From NCBI GenBank assembly GCA_005799825.1, contig SYFT01000006.1, forward strand, positions 52,130 to 116,129: a stretch of DNA of 64,000 nucleotides. The letters are read 5' to 3'. Shown one piece after another: positions 54,099-62,779 of this stretch (position 1 is its first letter; the number at the start of each line of letters is the position of its first letter). The notes under the pieces are model-generated. The model saw only the letters and a list, made by a program, of their open reading frames with translations. It made no database searches and had not been told where the DNA came from. This DNA is from Acidobacteriota bacterium. GTDB taxonomy: Bacteria > Acidobacteriota > Vicinamibacteria > Vicinamibacterales > SCN-69-37. A program made the translations under genes and the position numbers.

Positions 54099-54247
54099 GT
54101 GGGGCGCTAGGGTAGCACCCCTGCGTGGGCCGTCAGGGCGGAGTGGTGGAATGAGTCTGAGGATTCACCATGTAGGACATGAAGATCTATGAAGGGCGCG
54201 GGATTGGGGGCCCGGCTTTGCCGGGGCCGCACGATCGAAGGGGCGCG

Positions 54248-54433
54248 TTACTGAATCTGGGCGCGGCCGTCGGCGCGGCCATCCTCGAGGTCGATCTGAT
54301 TCAGCTTCTCGCCACACTCGGTGGTCGTGCATACGCCCTTCTCCACCATGACGCGCTGCATAATCTTGACGGCGAGCGCGAGTTCGCCGATCGCTCGTTC
54401 CAGCTTCTCGGCGTCCACGCCTCCACTCGGCAC
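54248..54433 (-). CDS. small hypothetical protein (boundaries uncertain)
   Basis: 61-aa ORF with a GTG start and high third-position G+C. The sequence is AEKLERAIGELALAVKIMQRVMVEKGVCTTTECGEKLNQIDLEDGRADGR. A stem-loop (GGGCCCGGC-TTT-GCCGGGGCC region, 54209-54235) follows it. Confidence 0.3.
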   Translation of the reverse strand: MPSGGVDAEKLERAIGELALAVKIMQRVMVEKGVCTTTECGEKLNQIDLEDGRADGRAQIQ

Positions 54434-54649
54434 TCTGACCGACGCCTCGGCTCAGGCGCGCGCCGTCTCACCACGCAGTTTGTCGATCTGCGTGTGCTGA
54501 TAGATGTCGACAATCTAGTTAATCAATCCCACAGAGTCTGCCTCTAGCCCTTCACAAACGACCCTGTAGGCTCCGCAGTTCAGGGCGGGCCGTCGGTCAG
54601 CGGAGCGGCCTCGGCTCTAAGCCGGGCCTGGCCCAGGGCGGCTAAGTGA

Positions 54650-55432
54650 TCACGAAATTAACTCGGGCTCAATGACCCGCTCCACCACCTGTCCTCCCGC
54701 GACACTGACGTGATACACCTTCGCGCCCGCGCGGGTGGCGACAACGCGCTTTACCGAGTTGTCTTCAAAGTAGATCCCCGCGTCGTTGTCGCACGCGTAG
54801 CCGGGCTTCATCACGCCCGACCCGATGAGTTTCTGATAAAGCAGCCGGCGGCCGGGCTCCGCGTCGTAGTGCGGCGAGTGACTCCCCTTGATGAATCCGA
54901 GCCCTTGCACCGTGGTCAGTTCCTTCGGTCGAGAGTCGGTCGTTCCTTCCTCAAACCAGCAGAGCGAGCCTGCGCTGGCGCCGCCGAGCACGATGCCGCG
55001 GTCCCAGGCCAGGCGTAGCACGTGGTCGATGCCCTGTGCCTTCCAGATGGCCTGCTGATTCAGCGTGTTGCCGCCAGAGCAGACGATGCCATCAACCGAA
55101 AGGAACACCTCCTCCCAGCTGCGGGTCTGGCGCGTGCTGGCGATGAAGCTCTCCTGGACCGAAGGCTCAACGTTGAGTGAGGCGCAGTTGCGAAACCAGG
55201 TGATGATGCCGGCGGGCCCGTCGGCGGAAGCGGTCGGCAGATAACAGAGTGTTGGCCTCGGCTTGCCCGTGAGTTCGGCCAGGTAGCGGATGAACGCTGT
55301 GCCAAAGCCGCCGCCCGCGATCAGAATCTTGCGCGTCTCGAAGTCGAGTCTGAGAGCGGATGTCGTCCGGCCTGCGGCGAGCCCGGCGGCCCCCAGAACT
55401 GACGTGATCACAAACTCGCGTCGCTCCATCAC
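54650..55432 (-). CDS. peptidase S51 family (dipeptidase E / cyanophycinase-like), Tat signal
   Basis: 260 aa starting MMERREFVITSVLGAAGLAAG. It has CSGGNTLNQQAIW and VLGGASAGSLCWFE. Confidence 0.75.
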   Translation of the reverse strand: MMERREFVITSVLGAAGLAAGRTTSALRLDFETRKILIAGGGFGTAFIRYLAELTGKPRPTLCYLPTASADGPAGIITWFRNCASLNVEPSVQESFIASTRQTRSWEEVFLSVDGIVCSGGNTLNQQAIWKAQGIDHVLRLAWDRGIVLGGASAGSLCWFEEGTTDSRPKELTTVQGLGFIKGSHSPHYDAEPGRRLLYQKLIGSGVMKPGYACDNDAGIYFEDNSVKRVVATRAGAKVYHVSVAGGQVVERVIEPELIS

Positions 55433-55534
55433 TCCTCCATCTCTTAGACGTGGCCCCTATCAGACCTGCGTTGATGTGACCCGCACACGCATCGCGCTGA
55501 GCCGATCCGAAAAGACCGCGTCCGCGCGAATCGG

Positions 55535-55849
55535 CTACCACTCGTACAAGAACACTTCAATCGGCCGCGACATCGCGACCCAACCGCCGATCAGCAGGCT
55601 TTCGCACACGATACCGGCAAAGCGGCTTGCGGGAGCGAAGGTCTCAACGGCATCGCCGAGCGCGATACATGTCGCGAGAAACGCTACACCAATCAGTAGG
55701 CTTCTGCGCCCCAGCCGGAGCACTTGACGCAGCGTCTGCCGCATGGCATGGGCTCGGCATTCGAAATGGTCGCGCACGGCGATGTGCACGATTGGGCGTC
55801 GGGTCGAACGAGTTGAACAACTGGTTGAAGTCCGAGACCCGCGCCTCAA
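55535..55849 (-). CDS. small two-TM membrane protein; N-terminus unclear (TTG 55849, GTG 55789 or ATG 55744)
   Basis: The C-terminal part LRLGRRSLLIGVAFLATCIALGD...CESLLIGGWVAMSRPIEVFLYEW looks genuine. The first 19 codons of the ORF-track frame look non-coding, while an alternative frame there looks coding (see findings). Confidence 0.4.
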   Translation of the reverse strand: MRRGSRTSTSCSTRSTRRPIVHIAVRDHFECRAHAMRQTLRQVLRLGRRSLLIGVAFLATCIALGDAVETFAPASRFAGIVCESLLIGGWVAMSRPIEVFLYEW

Positions 55850-55914
55850 TCTAGGCGCAGTCGGGCGGAAAGTCTCCGGCGGCCTGGCGGTCAGTCATGA
55901 TCAGATCTGGGGGC

Positions 55915-56478
55915 TCAGTGTCCCACCATCTGCCACTCGCGGACGGCGTCCACCGGTGACACGAGCATGAGGATGTTGAGCGTGAGATTGTCGCGAATCA
56001 GGAACAGCAGCACCACCTCAGTCACCACGACAAACGCGATACTGCTCCGGACGCTCATCTTCCAGGCCAGCACAAACCCAAGGCCGGCTATGACGATGTC
56101 GCTCACCGAATTGAGGATGCTGTCGCCCACATATCCCTGCGCGATGGTCACGGCGCGATACCGATCGATGATGCTGGGAGAATTCTCGAGAATCTCCCAC
56201 ACCGCTTCGAGCGCCACGGCGCCAATGAACCGCGAACGGATGGAACTCTTCTTCGCCACCAGCCACAGCAGCGCGTAGATTAACACGCCGTGGAGGATGT
56301 GCGAGAACGTGTAGGGATCAAACACGCGTTGAGACTGGCTGCTGCTCCAGATGTCCAGCTCGAGCCAGCCAAACCTGCCGTCGGATCCGAACCACGACCG
56401 CCCCATCCACGCCTCGACGGCGATGGTGATGAGGACGATCGCAAAGACTTTGAGTGCCAGCCGCGCCGTGAAGGTCAT
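55915..56478 (-). CDS. UPF0314 / DUF2585-family membrane protein
   Basis: 187 aa with FDPYTFSHILHGVLIY, EAVWEILENSPSIIDRYR, YVGDSILNSVSD and IRDNLTLNILMLVSPV. These match my memory of the Rhizobiales UPF0314 proteins. Confidence 0.75.
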   Translation of the reverse strand: MTFTARLALKVFAIVLITIAVEAWMGRSWFGSDGRFGWLELDIWSSSQSQRVFDPYTFSHILHGVLIYALLWLVAKKSSIRSRFIGAVALEAVWEILENSPSIIDRYRAVTIAQGYVGDSILNSVSDIVIAGLGFVLAWKMSVRSSIAFVVVTEVVLLFLIRDNLTLNILMLVSPVDAVREWQMVGH

Positions 56479-58244
56479 GGCGTGAGTGTCGGCACCATCC
56501 AGGGCACCACATAGGCCTGGAGCATCGCCAGCAGTCCCATCAGTGTGGTCAGGATCAAGCTGTGCACCAGCACGCGGCGAAGGATTTCGCCCTCGCGTCC
56601 AACGGCGCCCACACCGGCCGCGCCCACCGACAGGTTCTGCGGGCTGATCATCTTGCCCATCACACCGGCGGAGCTGTTCGTGGCACCCATCAGGATGGGA
56701 TCAACACCGGTGACCCCGGCGGTGGTCGCCTGCAGCGGTCCAAAGAGCGTGTTCGACGCCGTATCGCTACCGGTCAGGAACACGCCGATCATGCCCAACC
56801 ACGCAGAGAAAAACGGGAACCACCAGCCGGTCTTCGCGAGCGCCAACGCCATTGACGACGTCATGCCCGAATAGTTCATGACGGTGGCGATCGACAGGAT
56901 GAAGGCGATGGTGACGATGGGGAGGCGAAGTTGTCGGACGGTCTGGCCGAACGCGCGGGTCAGCGCGGGAGGGCGAATACCGCACAGGAACATCGGGACA
57001 AAGGCGAGCAGCGCCGCCAGAAACACGAGTGTGCCTGCGGTGGCCAGAAAGTCGAGCCGGTACGTGAGCGGATAAGGACTGGACTTGGGCGCCACCGGCA
57101 CTTCACGCTGCACGACGGCGGCTGGCCTGCCGCCTTCGATCCGATACGCGCCGGGCCAACTGAATTCCCAGACCGGGAACCGCAGTCCCTGCGGATTCAC
57201 CGATGCCTGCTCGCCCAGCCAGGGGTCGGGACACAGTCGGTTGCCAATCTGTCCGCACCGCAGGAGCGACGTCACGTTGGCAGGTGGAGGCACCGACGAC
57301 ATGCCGGCGAAGTTGCCTGACTGACCCATGAGCACGGTCACCACGAGGATGCCGTAGGTGGCGTACGCGCGCATCACACGGCGGCTGGTGTCGGGCGGGC
57401 CATCGTGCGCAAGCGCCGGCACGCCACCGCCGGTGTAATCTTCGGCGGGCCGCCACACTTTCAAGAGCAGTGCGACCGAGGCGAGTGACAGCAGCGCGGC
57501 CAGCGTGTCGGTCAGCTCGGGGCCAACATAGTTCGAGACCACAAACTGTCCGATCGCAAAGCTCAGGCCCGCGACAAACACGGCGGGCCAGACTTCGATC
57601 ATCCGTCGCCATCCGGCGAAGATGACGATCAGATAGGCGGGAATCAGCAGTGAAACAAACGGCAACTGGCGCCCCACCATCTTAGAGAGCGCCATCGTGG
57701 TGGTCTGGGTGTCGCTGGCCAGCATCGGCGCGAGCAGTCCACCCAATGTCGTGACGGGAATGCCCAGCGAGCCAAACGCGACAGGCGCGGTATTCGCCAG
57801 CAACGCGACGACCGCCGCCATGATTGGGTTGATGCCCAGCCCGGCCATCATGGCCGCGGTAATGGCCACCGGGGCGCCGAAGCCGGCGATGCCCTCGATC
57901 AGCGCACCGAAGCAGAACGCGACCAGCACCACCTGCACGCGTCGATCACCGGTCAGGCGTGCCAGCGCCCGCCGAATGACGTCAAAATCTCCGCTCTCGA
58001 CCGAGAGGTTGTAGAAGAACACGGCGCTCAAAACGATCCAGCAGATCGGCCACAGGCCGTAGGCCATGCCGTGGGTGGCGGCCGCCAGCGTGAGCGACAG
58101 CGGCATGCCCCACACGAGCCAGGCCAGCACAAACGCGGCACCCGCGCCGGCGATGGCCGAGCGCCAGGGCGCGACGCGGAGCACGGCCAACATGACCGCG
58201 AGCAACAGGGGTGGCAGTGATGCAACCAGTGCGGACAGCAGCAC
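56475..58244 (-). CDS. L-lactate/glycolate permease (LctP family)
   Basis: 589 aa with HGMAYGLWPICWIVLSAVFFYNL and FCFGALIEGIAGFGAPVAITAAMM. Confidence 0.85.
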   Translation of the reverse strand: MLLSALVASLPPLLLAVMLAVLRVAPWRSAIAGAGAAFVLAWLVWGMPLSLTLAAATHGMAYGLWPICWIVLSAVFFYNLSVESGDFDVIRRALARLTGDRRVQVVLVAFCFGALIEGIAGFGAPVAITAAMMAGLGINPIMAAVVALLANTAPVAFGSLGIPVTTLGGLLAPMLASDTQTTTMALSKMVGRQLPFVSLLIPAYLIVIFAGWRRMIEVWPAVFVAGLSFAIGQFVVSNYVGPELTDTLAALLSLASVALLLKVWRPAEDYTGGGVPALAHDGPPDTSRRVMRAYATYGILVVTVLMGQSGNFAGMSSVPPPANVTSLLRCGQIGNRLCPDPWLGEQASVNPQGLRFPVWEFSWPGAYRIEGGRPAAVVQREVPVAPKSSPYPLTYRLDFLATAGTLVFLAALLAFVPMFLCGIRPPALTRAFGQTVRQLRLPIVTIAFILSIATVMNYSGMTSSMALALAKTGWWFPFFSAWLGMIGVFLTGSDTASNTLFGPLQATTAGVTGVDPILMGATNSSAGVMGKMISPQNLSVGAAGVGAVGREGEILRRVLVHSLILTTLMGLLAMLQAYVVPWMVPTLTP

Positions 58245-58394
58245 GCTGCCGGCGACCGGGTCGTAGACCTGGCGGAAGATGTCAGTCAGTGTGTGGCTCC
58301 GGCAGCGATTATGGCCATGCCGGAGGACCTGTCAAGCTTCTGTCTGACTTCGTGCCAGCCTGTGCGATGATCGCGCGGGTATGTGGAGGCCGTC

Positions 58395-60008
58395 ATGACT
58401 CGTCGATCCCCCTTGAATCTGGCGCTGGCTGTTGTGCTCGCCTGTGGCGCCACAACCCTGGCGCAACGCACCCCGGCCGGCGGCTACCAGGATCTCGTCG
58501 CGCTCTTCACCGACTGGTCGGCGTTTGAGCGCCCGCCGCTCCTAGAGGGCGCGCCCGACTATACGGCCGCGACCACTGCGCGCAGGCATGCCGCGCTCAA
58601 GAGGTATCAATCCCGGCTGGCCGTCATCGACCCGAAGGCCTGGCCCGTCGAACAACGCGTGGACTACGAACTGGTGCGCGCGCAGATGAACGGCCTCGAC
58701 TTCTATATCCGCGTCCTCAAACCGTGGGTGCGCGACCCGGCGTACTACCAGTCGATCTGGACGGCGCAAAGCGACACGCCCGCCCACGAGGGCCCGACAC
58801 ACCACGCAGTCGTTGAGCTCTGGACGTACACCTTTCCGCTTTCTCCGGCTGACGAAGCCCGGCTGGCGGGCGAGCTTCACAGCGTTCCACCGCTCCTGCG
58901 ACAAGCCCGCCGCAACCTCACCGGCAATGCGCGCGACCTCTGGGTGACGGGCATGGGCACCATGCAGAAACAGGTGGAAGACCTGCAGGCGCTGGCAGTC
59001 AGAACCACACCGGCCGGGGGCGAACTCAAGGCGGCGATTCGCGATGCCAGCGCGGCCACGGCCTCCTTTGTCTCGTGGCTCGAGTCGCAGGCGGCGTCGA
59101 GGACCGGGCCGTCGGGCATCGGCAAGGCCGACTATACGTGGAGCCTCCGCAACGTCCATCTGGTGCCGATGTCATGGGAGGAGGAAGTGGTACTCCTCAA
59201 GCGCGAACTCGCGCGAGCCCACGCCTCGCTGCGGCTTGAGGAACAACGCAACCGTGGACTTCCGCCGCTCTCGGCCGCGTCGAGCCCGGAAGAATACACG
59301 CAGCGCGCCAATGCAGCCGTGACGAAGTACATGGCATTCCTGAAAGACAACAATGTGCTCACCGTCGAGGACTACCTGGACCCGGCCCTGCGCGCACACC
59401 TGGGCTCGTACACACCCGAAGCCACGCGCAACTTCTTCGGCATCGCGAGCCACTACGAACCCATCACGCTGTTCACGCACTTCTACCACTGGTTTGATCA
59501 CGCGTGGATGAAGGCCGCGCCGCACGCGAGCGTCATCCGCCGCAATGCCACGCTCTACAACGTCTGGGACAGCCGCTCGGAAGGTATGGCCACTGCGATG
59601 GAGGAGCTCGTCATGCACGCTGGGTATTACGACGACAACCCCAGGGCGCGCGAGATTGTGTGGATCATGCTCGCGCAGCGTTGCGCCCGCGGCCTAGCAT
59701 CGCTCTATGCCCAGGCCAACGAATTCGACATCAAACAGGCCAAGGCTTTCCAGGTGGAATGGACGCCGCGCGGCTGGATGCGGCCCGACCTCGATCTTCT
59801 TGGGTTCGAGCAGCAGCTCTATCTGCGTCAGCCGGGCTACGGCACGAGTTATGTGACCGGCAAAGCGCTGATCGATGAACTCGTCAAAGACCGCGCCCAT
59901 CAACTCGGCAACAGCTTCACGCTCCGCACGTTCTTCGACGAACTGAACAGCGCAGGGCTGATCCCGATGTCGCTGATCAGGTGGCAGCTCACCGGCATTG
60001 AAAAGTAG
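58395..60008 (+). CDS. DUF885-like secreted protein lacking the HExxPGHH box
   Basis: I prefer the ATG at 58395 with GGAGG 6 nt upstream (MTRRSPLNLALAVVLACGATTLA). The C-terminal part fits DUF885 (SEGMATAMEELVM...RQPGYGTSYVTGKALIDEL...FTLRTFFDELNSAGLIPMSLIR). The usual metal-binding box position reads THFYHWFDH. Confidence 0.55.
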   Translation: MTRRSPLNLALAVVLACGATTLAQRTPAGGYQDLVALFTDWSAFERPPLLEGAPDYTAATTARRHAALKRYQSRLAVIDPKAWPVEQRVDYELVRAQMNGLDFYIRVLKPWVRDPAYYQSIWTAQSDTPAHEGPTHHAVVELWTYTFPLSPADEARLAGELHSVPPLLRQARRNLTGNARDLWVTGMGTMQKQVEDLQALAVRTTPAGGELKAAIRDASAATASFVSWLESQAASRTGPSGIGKADYTWSLRNVHLVPMSWEEEVVLLKRELARAHASLRLEEQRNRGLPPLSAASSPEEYTQRANAAVTKYMAFLKDNNVLTVEDYLDPALRAHLGSYTPEATRNFFGIASHYEPITLFTHFYHWFDHAWMKAAPHASVIRRNATLYNVWDSRSEGMATAMEELVMHAGYYDDNPRAREIVWIMLAQRCARGLASLYAQANEFDIKQAKAFQVEWTPRGWMRPDLDLLGFEQQLYLRQPGYGTSYVTGKALIDELVKDRAHQLGNSFTLRTFFDELNSAGLIPMSLIRWQLTGIEK

Positions 60009-60106
60009 ACAACTCCGACTGCGCCGTCAGACGCCGGATGACAGCGGGAGACACCGAGACGCCGAGCCCTCCGTAGGGCGCTCTTCGTTGCATGTAGCGG
60101 ACACCA

Positions 60107-60199
60107 GGGCTTGAGAACCAGCCCGAGCTACGTTCCGGATCGATATCCGCTCGTGTGTAGCCCGGCCCTTTCGAACGTAGCTCGGCCTGGATTTCAAGG
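60107..60199. repeat. REP/MITE-like element (copy C), best-preserved inverted pair
   Basis: The left arm is GGGCTTGAGAACCAGCCCGAGCTACGTTC (60107-60135). The reverse complement of the right arm GAACGTAGCTCGGCCTGGATTTCAAGG (60173-60199) is CCTTGAAATCCAGGCCGAGCTACGTTC. Confidence 0.65.
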
Positions 60200-60232
60200 T
60201 CGCGGGCTATGATTCGCCCGCGAGGGAACCTT

Positions 60233-62011
60233 ATGAAATGGCGTGTCATGTGGCTGGCGTCAGCCATTTCCGTAGTGTCAGCCGGTGCCCAGGCGCCGTC
60301 GTCGATCACAGATATCTCCCCGAGCGTCTGGCCAAAAGGTGAATACGAGCGGTTCATCGCGGCGCAGAATGTGGATCGCACCACAGCCTCGGTCGCCACG
60401 GGCCGCAACGGCGCGGTCACCGTGGCCTACAACGGCATTGCCGCACGCGCTGGGCTGGAAGCGCTTGCGCGCGGCGGCAACGCAATCGACGCCGCCATGA
60501 CGGCTGCCGTCACGCAAGTGGCCGTCACCGCCGGCGCGCCCATCAGTTACTTCGGCATCATGTCACTCGTGTACTACGATACCGCCTCCGGCAAGGTCTA
60601 CACGATGAACGCTGAGTGGAACACCGTGCGCGGCGAGACGAGCGCGGCCACTATTCCCGGCGGCATCAACATGGCATCGCCAGAAGGCCTGCGCGGCACC
60701 GCCGTCAGTGGCCGCACGGCACTCGTGGGCGGATTCATGAAAGGCGTGGGAGCCGCACACGCGAGGTTCGGCACACTCCCCTTCGCTCGCATCTTCGACT
60801 CGGCGATTCACATTGCCGATCACGGCATGCCGGTGACCCGTCATCTGGCCGGTAAGTTTGAATTCCGGCGCGAAGACTTGGCACGCCTCCCCGCCACGCG
60901 CGCGATCTTCCTCAAGGCCGATGGGGCCATATACCGCGTGGGAGACACGTTCAAGCAACCGGCCCTGGCGGCCACGCTGCGGGCTGTTGCCGCGCAAGGC
61001 ACTAACTACATCTACAAAGGCGCGTGGGCCAAGGCACTTGTCGCCGCTGTGCAGGCCGACGGCGGCGCCATGACCCTTGACGACCTCGCTGCGTACGACG
61101 TCACCTGGGACGAGCCGCTCGTGGCGGACTTCGGCGCCTACCGTATTTACACCAACAGTCCGCCCAACGACGGCGGCGTCAACCTAATCGAAGCACAGCG
61201 CCTAGCCGTGGCCGCGGGTCTGGACACGGACCCGCACTGGACGACGTCCGGCGCTGCGCTGAAGAAAGCCCTCACCGTCAGCCAGGTGAACGTCCTTGGG
61301 TTCCTGCCGCAGGCACTCAAGGCTCAGATCTATCCTGGCCTCGACTTCTCGCCGGCATCGCGCACGTCAGCGGCATTCGCTGAGGATTTGTGGAAACGAC
61401 TTGAGGCCGGCGCCAGCCCGTTACGCTGGAAGGCACCCGAAGGCCATCACTCAGACGATGTGGTGGTGATCGACAAGGACGGCAACATCGCGGCGATCAC
61501 GCAGAGCATCAACTGTGTGGACTGGGGACGCACCGCGATCAACATCGATGGCATCTCGATCGGCGACCCTGGGTCGTTTCAGCAGGCCGCCATCGCGCGT
61601 GTTCCGCCGGGGTCGCGATTGCCGGCACCCACCGAAACAGGCATCCTCTTCAAGGATGGTGCGCCGGTGCTCGGCTTCGCCTCAATGGGCTCCGGCCTGC
61701 ACCAGCGCACGTTCCAGGCGCTGGCCAACATCATGCACTTCGGCATGACCGTGGACGACGCCATCAACACCGCGGACTTTCTGCTGCCCGAGACTGACTT
61801 GAAGACCGGTCAGTTGACCTTTCGTGTGCCGAAAGGTCGATTTCCGCTGTCCGTACTCGACGCGGTTGGCTACCAGTACCGGGAAGTGGATCCCAGTGAT
61901 GTGCGTTTTGGTGGAGAAGGACTCTGGGTCGCCATCAGCCGAGATCCGAAAACGGGGATACTCCGAGCTGCGTCGCACAATCGCAACAACAGCGCAGCCG
62001 TCGCCCGATGA
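60233..62011 (+). CDS. gamma-glutamyltransferase-family Ntn hydrolase, Ser at the nucleophile position
   Basis: I prefer the ATG at 60233 (MKWRVMWLASAISVVSAGAQA). It has AARAGLEALARGGNAIDAAMTAAVTQ. The processing site reads GHH-SDDVVVIDKDGNIAAITQSIN, against NQT-THYSVVDKDGNAVAVTYTLN in E. coli GGT. GFASMGSG is also present. Confidence 0.75.
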   Translation: MKWRVMWLASAISVVSAGAQAPSSITDISPSVWPKGEYERFIAAQNVDRTTASVATGRNGAVTVAYNGIAARAGLEALARGGNAIDAAMTAAVTQVAVTAGAPISYFGIMSLVYYDTASGKVYTMNAEWNTVRGETSAATIPGGINMASPEGLRGTAVSGRTALVGGFMKGVGAAHARFGTLPFARIFDSAIHIADHGMPVTRHLAGKFEFRREDLARLPATRAIFLKADGAIYRVGDTFKQPALAATLRAVAAQGTNYIYKGAWAKALVAAVQADGGAMTLDDLAAYDVTWDEPLVADFGAYRIYTNSPPNDGGVNLIEAQRLAVAAGLDTDPHWTTSGAALKKALTVSQVNVLGFLPQALKAQIYPGLDFSPASRTSAAFAEDLWKRLEAGASPLRWKAPEGHHSDDVVVIDKDGNIAAITQSINCVDWGRTAINIDGISIGDPGSFQQAAIARVPPGSRLPAPTETGILFKDGAPVLGFASMGSGLHQRTFQALANIMHFGMTVDDAINTADFLLPETDLKTGQLTFRVPKGRFPLSVLDAVGYQYREVDPSDVRFGGEGLWVAISRDPKTGILRAASHNRNNSAAVAR

Positions 62012-62038
62012 CGCCGTGAGGTGACATCTTTTTCCGCA

Positions 62039-62779
62039 TCAGTACGCAGGTCGCTGCAGCAGCGCGCGGGTGGCGGGATGCAGCGGTGAGTCCAGCACCT
62101 TGCGCGGCTCGCCGACCTCCACTATACGACCCTCGGCGAGGATCACGAGCCGAGTCGCATGCTCACGCACAAAATCGCCGTCGTGCGAGGTGAGCACGAG
62201 CGCGCGACCGGTGGCCGCGAGCCGGCGCAGGCTCAACCCCAGGTCGTTACGGCGCGCCGGGTCAATCGACGCCGTCGGTTCATCGAGCAGCAGCAGCGAC
62301 GGGTCCATGGCGAGCGACCGCGCAATCGCCACGCGCTGCGACTCACCGCCCGACAGTTCACGGGGAAGCGCGTCCGCGCGTTCGCCCACGCCCAGTTGAT
62401 CGAGCAGCGCGCGCGCGCGTGCCACGGCCTCTGCGCGAGGCAGACGCAGCACGTGCACTTGCGCCAGACATACGTTGTCGAGTGCCGTCATGTGCTCGAA
62501 GAGGGAGTGCGACTGGAACACCATGCCGATTGTGCGGCGGAGTGCCGCCGACGCCGCCGTGCGGAGGCCAGCCGTGAGTTCGACGCCGTTGATATGAACT
62601 TCGCCACCGTCGAGTTTCTCAAGCCCGGCTATGGCACGCAGCACGGTACTCTTGCCGGCGCCCGACAGGCCCATCACGACCAGCAGCTCACCTCGAGCCG
62701 CCTCGAAGTCCACACCCGAGAGGATGTCGCGAGTGCCGCGACGCAACCACAGTCCGCGTACTTGAAGGACGGTGCTCAT
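62039..62779 (-). CDS. amino-acid ABC transporter ATP-binding protein
   Basis: I prefer the ATG at 62779 (MSTVLQVRGLWL), which overlaps the permease stop (ATGA). Walker A is GLSGAGKST, the signature is LSGGESQRVAIAR and Walker B is LLLLDEPT. Confidence 0.85.
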   Translation of the reverse strand: MSTVLQVRGLWLRRGTRDILSGVDFEAARGELLVVMGLSGAGKSTVLRAIAGLEKLDGGEVHINGVELTAGLRTAASAALRRTIGMVFQSHSLFEHMTALDNVCLAQVHVLRLPRAEAVARARALLDQLGVGERADALPRELSGGESQRVAIARSLAMDPSLLLLDEPTASIDPARRNDLGLSLRRLAATGRALVLTSHDGDFVREHATRLVILAEGRIVEVGEPRKVLDSPLHPATRALLQRPAY

